Source: Sedimentisphaerales bacterium
Lineage (GTDB): Bacteria; Planctomycetota; Phycisphaerae; Sedimentisphaerales; Anaerobacaceae
Direction: 5' to 3'
Length of the DNA stretch: 64,000 nt
Assembly: GCA_963708075.1 (NCBI GenBank)
Contig: OY970194.1
Span: 416,001-480,000, forward strand
The notes under the pieces are model-generated. The model saw nothing but the letters and a program-made list of their open reading frames with translations. It was not told where the DNA came from and ran no database searches. Positions 10,514 to 21,660 of this stretch are shown in pieces. The position numbers and the translations under genes are program-made. Each line of letters starts with the position of its first letter. The first letter of the stretch is position 1.

Positions 10514-11556
10514 TCATTGCTGCCCCAGGGCGGCGCGGTGGGCGGCGGTGGCTTTGAGGATCTGCTCCCGGGATTCGAAGGGCACGTACAGGGCCCGCAT
10601 GACGAAGCGGTAGCGTTTGCCGACTTCGTATTGGGGGATGAACCACTGGAAATCCCACGCGGGATTGCCGTCGCCGGCGCCGGAAGGGGACTGGCTCAGT
10701 CGCACTCCGTCGCTCGGCCGGAACATCTGCACGAGCGCCATGCCGTGACTCACGCCATAGTACCAAGGCCGGCTATAGCGGTGATTCGAGAGGTTGAAGA
10801 CGAGGGACAGCGGGAAATTGGGATCATGCGGGAATTGCCGTTCGTCGTCGATGGCTAGATGAGTCGGGAGTGTGCCGTGGTCCGGCGTCACGCCGCGAAT
10901 CCACTGAGGCTCGGCCGTTTTCTCTGCACCGGCACGCCAAGAAAATGGATGTCCAACGACTCAGGCTGGTGAATGTAGCTGGCGAAGAACAGCCCGATGT
11001 AATCGTTCTTGAAGGCCCGTGCTCGCGGGACGCACTCCAGTGTCATTTCGATAGCGCCGTCCTCGAGCATCTCATACCGCAGCCGGCTCTCAAGCTGCCA
11101 GTGCGGCGTGGGCGGCTGGTGCAACTCGACCGCATGTTCGCCGATCCGCCTGATCTTCATTGGGGCGTTGCGCGGCTCGAAGAGGATTTCCCTCGGTTGC
11201 ACCGTGCCGTCGTGAATATGCTCGTAATTCAAGCCCGCGTAGAGCGGCACGAATAGATTTCTGTTTTGTTTCAGATGGGTGAGCGATGCGACGCCGCTGT
11301 AGCCGGCGCGATGGCCGGGCAGCACGGCGTCGTCCACCGCTTCATTGTTCACGATCACGGCCCGGACGCCGCCTCGCTCCAGCACGACATAGGGCTTGTC
11401 CGGCTCCGAGCCGGCGAAGACGGGAGACGTGAGGCCCGCAGCAATAAGTCCGCACCAGAGCACGGCCAGGCAGATGGATCCGGCTTTCACAGCTCTTCTC
11501 CCCGTGTCTGCCTGGTCGCCTTCTTCTGCCGTGACATGGGAGTGGATTCTCAGCAT
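10514..11556 (-). CDS. Hypothetical exported protein (possible beta-sandwich/mutarotase-like fold), probably one frameshifted gene
   Basis: AGGAGG SD and a signal-like segment. ORFs 10888-11556 and 10514-10891 overlap and read as continuous coding sequence. Confidence 0.6.
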
Positions 11557-11731
11557 TTCACAGTCCTCCTGTTCAGCTCTGCCATATCGATGCCGGTTGT
11601 TTTGCGGTCGTCCATTGTATCAGTGGCTGCGGTTTGTTAAAATGAATAAGTGACGCTACAGTATGGTCCGGATGAGGTTCCAGTGGGGCGTGAGTTCTGC
11701 TGCAGGAACGCTATTTGAGGGTGATGGCACG

Positions 11732-14700
11732 ATGAAGCACATTTCCGGGGCGGCTCGGCTCGCCGCAATGTCGCTGTTTTGCTGTGTCGCTATGGTTGCG
11801 GCCGCTGTCGCGCAAACGCCCCAGGATGGCCCGGTCATCAGCGAGTTCCTGGCGGTCAACAGCAACGGGCTGCTCGACAAGGACCACGACTCCTCCGACT
11901 GGATCGAGCTCTACAATCCGACCGGGCAGGCCATCGACCTCGACGGCTGGTACCTCACCGACAACATGCTCAATCTCGATAAATGGGAATTCCCGCCTGT
12001 GTCGATTGCTCCGGGCGGATATCTCGTCGTCTTCGCCTCGGGCAAGGACATTCGGGAGCCCGGCGGCGAGCTGCATACGAGCTTCTCCCTGCAGGCCGCC
12101 GGGGAGTCTGTGGCGATTGTGCAGCCTGACGGCGCAACGGTTGCGCACGCATACGTCGATTATCCGCCGCAAGTGGTGGACATCTCCTATGGCCTGAGCG
12201 GCGACAGCGTTGTCTCGCAGACCGAGACCATGCTGCTTGTCGAAGGCGCGGATGCCCGGGCCCTGATTCCCGCCAATGGATCGCTCGGATTGAGCTGGAC
12301 ATTGGCGTCCTTCAGCGATGCTGCCTGGCGCGCGGGCAAGACGGGCGTCGGATACGACTACGCCGGCCTGATTCAACTCGACGTTGGCTCGATGAGGAAC
12401 GTCAACCAGAGTGTGTACGCGCGCATGGCCTTCGACGTGGCGGACGTGACACGGATTGACAAGCTCGTTCTGAGATTGAAGTACGAGGACGGCTTCGTGG
12501 CCTATCTCAACGGCGTGGAAGTGGCCCGCGACAACGCCCCGGCGGCGGCGTCGCTGACATGGAATTCAGGGGCGTTGGCCAACCGCGAGGATAATCTGGC
12601 CGTCGATGCCGTGGAGTTCGACCTCACGGTGCGCAAGGCTATTCTCTTCAAGGGCAGGAACGTGCTGGCCGTGCACGGCCTCAATTCCAGCCTGGGGAGC
12701 TCCGATTTACTGATCCTGCCGCAGCTTGTGGCCCTTGAGGTAGAGAAACTCGACCTGTCCGGCGTGATAGAGGGCCACCTGCTTCGGCCGACGCCGCGCG
12801 CCGCCAACCAGTCTTCCCTGGCACAGATCGGCCCGGCGATTCGCCACGTCACGGAGAATCCGCCGCCTCCCGCCCCGGGCCAGGACCTCGTCATCACCGC
12901 ACAAGTCAGCGAGAATCTGGCGCCTGTCCGCAGCGTGAACCTGATTTGCCGGGTCAACTTCCTGACCGACAACCGGTTCATCCCGAGCGGGGGCCTGACC
13001 ATGCTCGACGACGGAAAGGGCAAGGATGTGACAGCCAACGACGGCATCTATACGGCCGTGATTCCCGCCCAGAACTATGCACCCGGCGACATGGTGTGCT
13101 GGTACGTGAGGGCGGAGGACACCGGCGGCAACGTCTCCCGCGACCCGCTCTTTGCGAATCCGAACGACTCTCCCGAATACTATGGCACGGTTGTGCAAGA
13201 CCCCGCGATTCGCAGCTCGCTGCCCGTCTTTCACTGGTTCGTCAAGAACGTGGCGGCCTCCGAAAACAGCAGCGGCACGCGCGGTTCGGTCTGCTACGAG
13301 GGCGAGTTCTACGATAATGTCGTGGTTCACACGCGAGGTGGTAGCACGGAAGGAGCCATCAAGAAGCACTTCAAATTTCGTTTCAATCACGGGTACAAGT
13401 TCCGTTACCGCAACGACTCGCCCACTGTCAACGAGATCAACCTGAACAGCACCTACAGCGATAAGGCGTATCTGCGGCAGAACATGGCGTTCGAGGCCTA
13501 CGACTGGTGCGGCTGCCCCGGGAGCGAATCCTTCCCCGTCCGTGGGGAACGCAACGGCGATTTCTACGGTGTTCAGATCTTCATTGAGGAGCCGGAGGAG
13601 GAACTCCTGGAGCGCGAAGGCATGGACGCACACGGCGCGCTCTACAAAATGTACAACACCTTCAACACGGGCGGCTCGGCCGAGAAGAAGAGCCGCCAGT
13701 GGGAGGGCCGGCAGGACCTCGATGACTTCTGCAACAGCATCAACAACACCTCCGGCGTCACCCGGCACAACAACATCTTCGATCACGTGAACCTGCCGCT
13801 GACGCTCGACTACATGGTCGGCGTCGTCCTCGTCCATCAGAACGACCATCCCCACAAAAATCACTACTTGTATCGCGATTCCGATGGCTCGGGCGAATGG
13901 TGCTTCATGCCTTGGGACCACGACCTGACGTGGGGCTCCAACTGGATCGGCGACCAGGGCGGCTCGTACGGCGACGTGATCTACGCCAACGACGATCAGG
14001 TGCCCGGGCGGGGCACAAACGTCAAGCCGTCGCATCCATTCATCGGCAAGCAGGATTGCCAGGAATGGAACAACTTCTGGAACCGGCTGATCGACGCGAT
14101 CCTGAACGATGCGACCGCGCGTCAGATGTACCTGCGGCGGCTGCGGACGGTGATGGACGAGTTCCTCAAGCCGCCCGGCACGGCGTACGCGAATCTGTTC
14201 ATCGAGAACCACATCGACGGACTGGTGGCCCAGATGGCCCCGGACGTGGTCCTGGACTACAACAAGTGGGCGAACCCGTGGCAGTGGGGCGGGCAGGAGG
14301 GGTATCCGCGGGACCAGTCCTTCGCCTACGCCATTAACGTGCTCAAGAACGACTACCTGGCCGTGCGACGAACGCACCTGTTCGTCACGCACAACGTGGA
14401 CAAGGTTGCCGGCTACAAGATCGCCGGCTCCTATTCAGCGGCCATTCCCAACGCTCAGCCGGCCAATCCGTCGATCAAATTCGGCGCGTACGACTACAAC
14501 CCGGCCTCGGGCAATCAGGACGAGGAGTACATCGAGTTGAAGAATCCGAATACATACGCCGTGGATATCTCCGGCTGGGAGCTGGCCGGCGGGGTGGAAC
14601 ACATCTTTCTGCCGGGCACGGTGCTCGTGGCGGGGGGGAGCCTGTACGTCTCGCCGAACTCCAAAGCGTTTCGCAGCCGGCTCATCAGTCCGAAGGGCGG

Positions 14701-15317
14701 CGAGGGCCGATTCGTGCAAGGCAACTACAAGGGCCATCTGTCGAGCCGGGGCGAGAACCGTGAGCCTGGTGGACCGCTTCGGCCGGCTCGTGGATACCCT
14801 GACCTACGCCGGCAATCCAAGTGATCAGCAGCGGTACCTGCGGGTCACTGAGATCATGTACAACCCGGCCGAGGGCGGCTCCTTCGATAATGAGCAATAC
14901 GAGTTCATCGAGCTCAAGAACATCGGGACGACCTCGCTGAAACTCGACGGCGTCAAGCTGACCAGCGGCATCTCCTACGCCTTCGAAGTGGGTCGCAATC
15001 GCATGCTCGCCGCCGGCGCCTGCATCGTGATCGCCAGGAATCCGTCGGCATTCTCCTCGCGCTACGGCAGCACCATCAATCTCGCGCCGGGCACGTACAC
15101 CGCCGGCCTCGACAACGCCGGCGAGACGATCAAGCTCGAAGACCGCACGAACAGCACCATTCTCGAATTCGAGTACGACGACGAATGGTTCCCCACGACC
15201 GACGGCCAGGGCTACTCCCTGACGATCAAGAACGCCGCCAACACCGACCTCGACAGTTGGTCCCGCAAAGACGCCTGGCGCGCCAGTCCCGCCAAAAACG
15301 GCTCGCCGGGAACGTAG
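11732..15317 (+). CDS. Secreted CotH kinase-family protein with N- and C-terminal lamin-tail domains; one frameshift
   Basis: VISEFLA...SDWIELYN (lamin tail); HKNHYLY and MPWDHDLTWG (CotH); EYIELKNP and EIMYNP...EFIELKN. Frame change at ~14757. Confidence 0.88.
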
Positions 15318-15482
15318 GGAATGCGGAATTCGGACTGCGGAGTGCGGAATAGCAGCGTGGCCATGGTCCGCGGTCACGGATGCCTATCATTGACTTGAGT
15401 TGAATGGCGCGTTCTCATATAGGCGCAGAGATGCGACAAGCTCTGCCCAACACTGTCGGCGAATTATCTGACGAAAGGACCC

Positions 15483-16629
15483 GTGGTGGCCTTCAGCAGA
15501 AGAATGAGGCGCAAACACCGGATTATCCTTACGATCCTGACAATTGCTGCTCTATCAGGGGCTTTGCTTTTTGCATGGTGTCGCCATGCACGGCTTTACC
15601 GAGTGATGATTCTGCCAAAGTTTCACCGCAGGGTGGTGATGCCTCGGGCGATCAACGATCGCGGGCAAATCGTTGGCTTCTGTGAGGGCCGATTCCTCCT
15701 CTGGGAGCGAGACATAGGCTGGCGGGAATTGGGCGGCGCAATGGATGACCTTCACATCAACAACGCCGGTCAGATCGCAGGTACGGTGCGCGACCCGAAC
15801 TACAGTACGCAATCCTTCCTGTGGGATCCAAACGAGGGGCTCAAACTGCTGGGGACTCTGGGGACCAGGGACAGCATTACGGGCGGGCTCAACAACCGCG
15901 GAGAAGTCGTCGGCGTGTTGATGAACGGCGACAGAGGGCTTCAGGGGTTCATTTGGAGCAATACCCTCGGCATGAGAACACTGAAGGTGGCCAACGGAAG
16001 CCTGATGGCACAATGGGATATGATCGGCTCCATCAGCGACAGTGGGCAAGTTGCTGGATTCTGTTCGTGTACGATGCAAGGATCTGAAGTCCCGCAAGAT
16101 TGCCTCTGGAAGCTGACAGATGACGGTCTCTTGTTACTGAGCGCACTTCCTCCGGGCGCGTCCCGTGCCATCAACAACAACGGCTATATCCATGGCATGT
16201 CGGTGAGAACCCGGCGGGTTTCAGCGCTATGTCTTCATCTGGCAGCGGGATCATGGTATGGAATGGCTTTTCCCCTTGGACGATCCCATGCCTTCGGGCA
16301 TCGCGTTGAATTGGGGCAACGCGATTGGTATGGCTCATGTGGCCGCGATGAACGATGCCAACCAGATTGCTGTTTGCGGTGTGGCGCACTCCGGCCGGTT
16401 GGAACGGCTGACGAAAAGACACTTCGGACCTTATCTGGAATCTTTTGTCTGGACCCGTGAGCGAGGGCGAGTATTCCTTGACGGCTACGTGCTTGACCAA
16501 AGGGGCGAGTTCTTCCACATTGCCGACCTGAACAACCACGGTTGCATCATCGGCACCGTCAACTGGAAGACCGGCGACATCCGTCGGGCCGTGCTCCTGG
16601 AGCCGATTCGCGAGCGGTGGGGGAGGTGA
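15483..16629 (+). CDS. Membrane-anchored HAF-repeat / DUF3466-like beta-propeller protein; frameshifted
   Basis: Repeated AINDRGQIVG, INNAGQIAG, LNNRGEVVG and LNNHGCIIG units. Continues in ORF 16258-16629. Confidence 0.7.
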
Positions 16630-16670
16630 CATATGGTGAGAAAGGTGAGGATTTTGTCTCGTGCAGGTAC

Positions 16671-16988
16671 TTAGCCGTAGACGACCTCTCCATTGCGAGC
16701 GTAATCGGCGATCAGGGAATCGCCGCTCTCCCATTCCTCGGGAGTCATGGCGACCGCCTCAATGGGCTGAAAGACGATGGAAATAGCGGCCGAGAGTATG
16801 TTGATTCTCTCCCAGTAGCCCTTGCCTGCGAAATCCGTGGAGATCACGACCAAGTCAATGTCGCTATCCTCTCGCTGAGTACCTGTACTATGGGAGCCAA
16901 ACAGGATAATCTTCTGGAGCCTGATGCCCTGGGATTCCAACGCTCTGCCAAAGTCGGAGACAATCTTTAGAACTGCGCCTTTATCCAC
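16671..16988 (-). CDS. Minimal nucleotidyltransferase (MNT) of a HEPN/MNT module
   Basis: ILFGSHSTG...DSDIDL (GSX10DXD). Overlaps the HEPN gene. Confidence 0.9.
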   Translation of the reverse strand: MDKGAVLKIVSDFGRALESQGIRLQKIILFGSHSTGTQREDSDIDLVVISTDFAGKGYWERINILSAAISIVFQPIEAVAMTPEEWESGDSLIADYARNGEVVYG

Positions 16989-17347
16989 TTCAGAATTTCC
17001 TTTGTCTGTACCAGGATCCGCGTGGCAATCTCTTCTGTATAACTGCTCTGCAGACTGTCGATATCATCTGGATAGCGTGTGGTAATATTCGCCTCGTTGA
17101 GTCCTGCAATGACCTCACTTCGATCTTGATCCGGTCTCAAGCCGATGCGATTCAACAGATAAATGAGGTTGTGCGTCTTGGGAGGCGTTTCCTGCAGTCT
17201 TTGCAGGTAGAGCCCCTTCAGTGCCTTCTCTACAGCCAAATGGCACATGAAGACGGCGTAGAAGTATCTGCCTCCCGTACACATGAATCTCGCCGTATCA
17301 AAATCATAATCGGCCTGCTTGAGCCATTCGAGAACTTTCTTGTCCAT
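16967..17347 (-). CDS. HEPN domain protein
   Basis: WLKQADYD, FMCHLAVEKALK, PPKTHNL and RYPD motifs. Confidence 0.9.
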   Translation of the reverse strand: MDKKVLEWLKQADYDFDTARFMCTGGRYFYAVFMCHLAVEKALKGLYLQRLQETPPKTHNLIYLLNRIGLRPDQDRSEVIAGLNEANITTRYPDDIDSLQSSYTEEIATRILVQTKEILKWIKAQF

Positions 17348-17481
17348 TCAGTTGCTCCGCGCAGTTCCAAGCAGCATCTTCTCGGCCAGATTCGTCTTCA
17401 CGCAGCTATGGTATTCGAAGTGCGCCGGTTCGTAAACCCCAAAGTCTGTGGAATGCCTGATCCAGCCATTGTTCATGCGGG

Positions 17482-18849
17482 TCACAGTCGCCAGGGGCTG
17501 CGGAGGGGGCGGGTGAGGAGGCGATTGGCGGCCTCGTCGTTGGCGAATTGCTCGGCTTTGGGGTCCCAGCGGAGCTTGCGGCCGGTGCGGATCGTGATGT
17601 CGTCAAGATGGCAGATCGTGTCGGAGCGCACGGCGGACTCGATGTGGCTGATCGGCGTCTGGCGGGTCTTCACGCAATCGAGGAAGTTTCGCTTGTGATT
17701 GTTGCTGACGGGCAGGCGGGGCTCGCTCGAATCGAAGGCGGTCTGCAGGAGCGATTTCGGTCCGGCGTCGATGCCGCCGCGAGAGACGATCACCCAGCCG
17801 TCGGAGCCGATGAACAGGATCCCGCAGCCTTTCATGTCGAGGACCGGCGTGACGAACTGTGGGAACTCCTTCTCCGTGTGCAGCGAGTCCATGTGGATCA
17901 TTTTGACGCCGTTGGCATACGTGTGCTCGACACGCCAGGTGATGGGCGTATCGCACAGGCCGTCGCTGGGGAGGACGCCGGTGCCTTCGATTTCCAGCGG
18001 GCCGGTGTCGTCGCTGTTGTTGCCCCACTGGGCGATGTCCACGTGGTGGATGCCCCAGGCGCCGCTGAGACAGCCGAGGCCATAGTCGTGGATGTGCATC
18101 CAGTAGCCGGGACTGCCCTCGGCGCGGGAGGCCGCCCGCTCGAACGTGTAGGGCGACCACGGGGCCGGGCCCAGCCACATGTCGTAGTCGAACTCGGCGG
18201 GGTCTGGCTGTGGCTGCAGGGGTTGCATCGGCAATCGCATTCCCGGCACGGAGCCGACGACGATGGTGTGCAGCTTGCCGATACGGCCATTCCGGACCAG
18301 CTCACACCCGAATCGAAATCCCCGGTCCGAGCGTTGTTGCGTGCCGAACTGGAAGACAGTGCCGTAGCGATTGACCGCCTGTCGCAGGGCCTTGGCCGCC
18401 GCGACGTGCACGTCGACCGGCTTCTCCATGTACATGTCCTTGCCGTTCCTGGCCGCCTCAAGGGCAATCAGAGTGTGCCAGTGGTCGGGCGTGGCGATGA
18501 GGACGGCGTCGATGTCCGGCCGGGCCAGCAGTTCGCGATAATCCTGGTAGGTCTTGCAGTCGCTGTCGCCGTACTTCTGATCGACGGTCTGCTTCGCCCG
18601 CTCGCGGAACGTGCGTCGCAGGTCGCACACGGCAGCCACGCGGACATCCTCCTGGCCCGTGAAGCCGCGCACATGCCCGCCGCCCATGCTGCCGACGCCG
18701 ATGCAGGCCATCACGATCTTTTCGCTCGGTGGCACAGCCCCCTGGGCCCCCAGCACGCGACCCGGAACGATGGTTGGAAACCCTGTCACCGCCATACCCG
18801 CGGCGGCAGTGGCTTTGAGAAACTCGCGGCGATTCATTGTCGTATTCAT
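17482..18849 (-). CDS. Gfo/Idh/MocA oxidoreductase, Tat-exported
   Basis: NRREFLK, IGVGSMG, IATPDHWH, YMEKP, GTQQRS and WGIHHVD. Confidence 0.92.
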   Translation of the reverse strand: MNTTMNRREFLKATAAAGMAVTGFPTIVPGRVLGAQGAVPPSEKIVMACIGVGSMGGGHVRGFTGQEDVRVAAVCDLRRTFRERAKQTVDQKYGDSDCKTYQDYRELLARPDIDAVLIATPDHWHTLIALEAARNGKDMYMEKPVDVHVAAAKALRQAVNRYGTVFQFGTQQRSDRGFRFGCELVRNGRIGKLHTIVVGSVPGMRLPMQPLQPQPDPAEFDYDMWLGPAPWSPYTFERAASRAEGSPGYWMHIHDYGLGCLSGAWGIHHVDIAQWGNNSDDTGPLEIEGTGVLPSDGLCDTPITWRVEHTYANGVKMIHMDSLHTEKEFPQFVTPVLDMKGCGILFIGSDGWVIVSRGGIDAGPKSLLQTAFDSSEPRLPVSNNHKRNFLDCVKTRQTPISHIESAVRSDTICHLDDITIRTGRKLRWDPKAEQFANDEAANRLLTRPLRSPWRL

Positions 18850-19173
18850 AGTTGTCCTATTATACTCCCCCGTCCATTCCGCGTCACTAAGTGCATGACA
18901 AAAATGGGGATTGCAGCGGGTGGCAGCGTCAAGGCCGCAGGCCTTGGCGATGGTCCTGCGCACGGGAATGTCGCCATCGCCAAGCTGCGCTTGACGCTGC
19001 CACCCACGAACCTCGTGCCTGTCTTGTCACAATCGTATCGTGCGCCCATCGCCACACCCTGAATTCTCTTGGGGTCGCAGGCCGGATCATGTTACACTCG
19101 TAGGCGATCAAACTGGGCCAACCATCTTGAATGGGCATTCTGATTTCGAGGGTTGATTATGATTGGGGACACA

Positions 19174-20526
19174 ATGAAGACATCCAGACGGCAGTTACTG
19201 AAATCGGCGACGGGGGCGGTGGCGGCGTTCACCATCGTGCCGCGGCATGTATTAGCGGGAGCGGGGGTGACTCCGCCTAGTGAGAAGCTGAACATTGCCG
19301 GCATCGGCGCCGGCGGCATGGGCGGCGGCGACATCGAGCAAGTGGCTCGCGACAGCGGCACGCGGATCGTGGCCCTGTGCGACGTGGACCTTCGGCCCGG
19401 CCATCGCGAACGCACGCAGATCCCCAAGTTCCCGGACGCCAAGGTGTACCAGGACTTCCGCAAGATGTTCGACGAGATGGGCGACAAGATCGACGCAGTG
19501 ATTGTCGGCACGCCGGACCATACGCACGCCGTCGCGGCGATGGCGGCCATCAAGAGAAACAAGCACGTGTACTGCGAAAAGCCGCTGGCCCATTCCGTTG
19601 CCGAGGTTCGCGCCCTGATGAAGGCGGCCCAGGAATACAAGGTCGTGACGCAGTTGGGCAACCAGGGCCATTCTTTCGACACGATCCGCACGTTTTGCGA
19701 GTGGGTCTGGGACGGAGCGATCGGCAACGTGCACACGATTCACTGCGGCTGCAATGCCGTCAACTCCGGCATCGATCGGCTGGCTCAGATGAGCGAGAAG
19801 GAGGAGGTGCCGGCGGGTCTGGACTGGGACCTGTGGCAGGGCCCGGCGAAAGAGCGGCCGTACCATTCGTTCTATCTCCCCGGGCGCTGGCGCGGCTGGG
19901 TTCCCTTCGGCAATGGCACGATTGGCGACTGGATCTGTCACGTCGGGGACCCTGTCTTCTGGGCCCTCGACCTGGGGGCGCCGAAAACCGTCCACGCTCA
20001 GGTCAAGGATTACGACCCGAAGACGCAGGGCGACGCGTTCCCCAAGGGCGACATCATCACGTTCGAGTTCCCGGCCAAGGCCGGCCGCGGGCCCGTCAAG
20101 CTCGTCTGGTATAGCGGCCAAGAGGGGATTCCGCCCGCCAAGGAGTTGGAGGAGGGCCGCAAGCCGGTCGTTACCGGCGCCTACGTCTATGGTGACAAGG
20201 GCGTCATCATGTACGGCTCGCACGGCGCCGGCGGCGTCCGGATCATCCCCGAAGAGAAAATGAAGGCCTACACGCGGCCCGCCGTGAAGATTCCCAGGGT
20301 CAAGGAGCATCACGACGACTGGCTGCGGGCGATTCGCGAAGGCCGCAAGGCAGGCTCCGACTTCTCCTACGGCGGCCCACTGACCGAACTCGCCATGCTG
20401 GGCGTGATCGCCTTGAAGCTGCCCGGCACGAAGCTTGAGTGGGACACCGCGAGCATGCGATTCACCAACAGCGAAGAGGCCAATCAGCACATCAATCCGC
20501 CGTACCGCCAGGGCTGGACCCTCTGA
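19174..20526 (+). CDS. Gfo/Idh/MocA oxidoreductase, Tat-exported (divergent from the previous one)
   Basis: SRRQLLK, IGAGGMG, GTPDHTH, YCEKPL, QLGNQG and GDWICH. Confidence 0.92.
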   Translation: MKTSRRQLLKSATGAVAAFTIVPRHVLAGAGVTPPSEKLNIAGIGAGGMGGGDIEQVARDSGTRIVALCDVDLRPGHRERTQIPKFPDAKVYQDFRKMFDEMGDKIDAVIVGTPDHTHAVAAMAAIKRNKHVYCEKPLAHSVAEVRALMKAAQEYKVVTQLGNQGHSFDTIRTFCEWVWDGAIGNVHTIHCGCNAVNSGIDRLAQMSEKEEVPAGLDWDLWQGPAKERPYHSFYLPGRWRGWVPFGNGTIGDWICHVGDPVFWALDLGAPKTVHAQVKDYDPKTQGDAFPKGDIITFEFPAKAGRGPVKLVWYSGQEGIPPAKELEEGRKPVVTGAYVYGDKGVIMYGSHGAGGVRIIPEEKMKAYTRPAVKIPRVKEHHDDWLRAIREGRKAGSDFSYGGPLTELAMLGVIALKLPGTKLEWDTASMRFTNSEEANQHINPPYRQGWTL

Positions 20527-20937
20527 TTGATAATTGATGATTGACGATTGATAATTTGATCAGCCGTAGACCGGATGTCGGTGGGCTCCGGGATGACGGC
20601 TATGGGCGAGTGAAACAACAGGGCACGTGTGTCGAATCCAGCAAACGAGCACACGTGCCCCTTGTCGATGGGCTCAGAAAGCCCGGACCCTATTTGCGTT
20701 CCTTCATGCGGCCTCGATGCCCCTTGCATCGGGCCTCCATATTGTTGGTCGTGCGCCACTCGGAAAGATTTCACGAGACGCCGGAGCTACGAGAGATTCA
20801 CCCGCAGCCGGTTCGCCGGCGAATTGCTGCAATAGGCGGATTGTTTCGTTCGTCTATTCAAGCTGAAATGGGGCGGTGGCCGAAATCATACGATAGGCTC
20901 AGATGCCGGATGTATGTGTGACTGTTTTTAGGGGACC

Positions 20938-21546
20938 ATGATTATGAGAATGACGTTACTATTCAGTCTGGCGGTATCAATGCTGTTGCTGAGTCCGGCG
21001 GTCTTCGCACAAAATAAGCCGGCGGAGTCAACCAGCTCACCGCAGCCGACAGCCGGGCGCAAGTTCAGTGAACTCTCGCCCGAGGAGCAGGCCAAGCTCA
21101 GGGCGAAGTGGCAGAGCGGATCCACCGAAGGCAAGGCCAAGCCCGAAGCGAAGCCGCAGAGCCCATCCACCGAGGACAAAGCCAGGACCAGGGATAAGGT
21201 GCGCGATCGCTCCTCCGAGGCCGTCCCGGGACCGCAGGGCCAGATCCACAAGGAAATGATCGTGGCCGAAATGACCCGGCTCCAGCAGCAGCAGAAGACG
21301 AACGTGGCCGAGTTACAGGCGATCAAACAGCTTGCCGTCAAGGAAAACGCCAAGGAGACCGCCGACGCCCTGACCCAGCTCATCACCAGGCATGAAAGGC
21401 AGTTCAACCAGCAGATACAGGTGTTGCAGCGAAAGATGAAGCTGCTGCAGGGCGATCAGAACGCCAAGGCCGGTCCGGCAGATCCGAAGAAACTGGGGCC
21501 GAAGAAAGAGGAGAGCAAGCCCCAGGACGCCGGGACGAAACGGTAG
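20938..21546 (+). CDS. Secreted helical/coiled-coil hypothetical protein
   Basis: Signal peptide ending AVFA. Q/K/E-rich helical composition. Confidence 0.75.
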   Translation: MIMRMTLLFSLAVSMLLLSPAVFAQNKPAESTSSPQPTAGRKFSELSPEEQAKLRAKWQSGSTEGKAKPEAKPQSPSTEDKARTRDKVRDRSSEAVPGPQGQIHKEMIVAEMTRLQQQQKTNVAELQAIKQLAVKENAKETADALTQLITRHERQFNQQIQVLQRKMKLLQGDQNAKAGPADPKKLGPKKEESKPQDAGTKR

Positions 21547-21660
21547 TTGTCGATCGGAATGCTGATCCGCCGGCGATTGACGCGGATTCGGATGTGCACG
21601 GTGCCAGAGAGTAATTGAAAGGGCCGGATGCCAAAGAGCACCCGGCCCTTGGTCTTGCTG

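Noticed and set aside
12707..14392. Long antisense ORFs (also 17548-19062, 26126-28153, 43801-45792, 51174-52979)
   Set aside because: Shadow frames of well-supported genes, expected in GC-rich DNA, with no recognisable motifs.
20621..20660. Possible ncRNA around an 11-bp hairpin (GGGCACGTGTG...CACACGTGCCC)
   Set aside because: A single hairpin with no recognisable RNA-family motif or U tract; not enough support.
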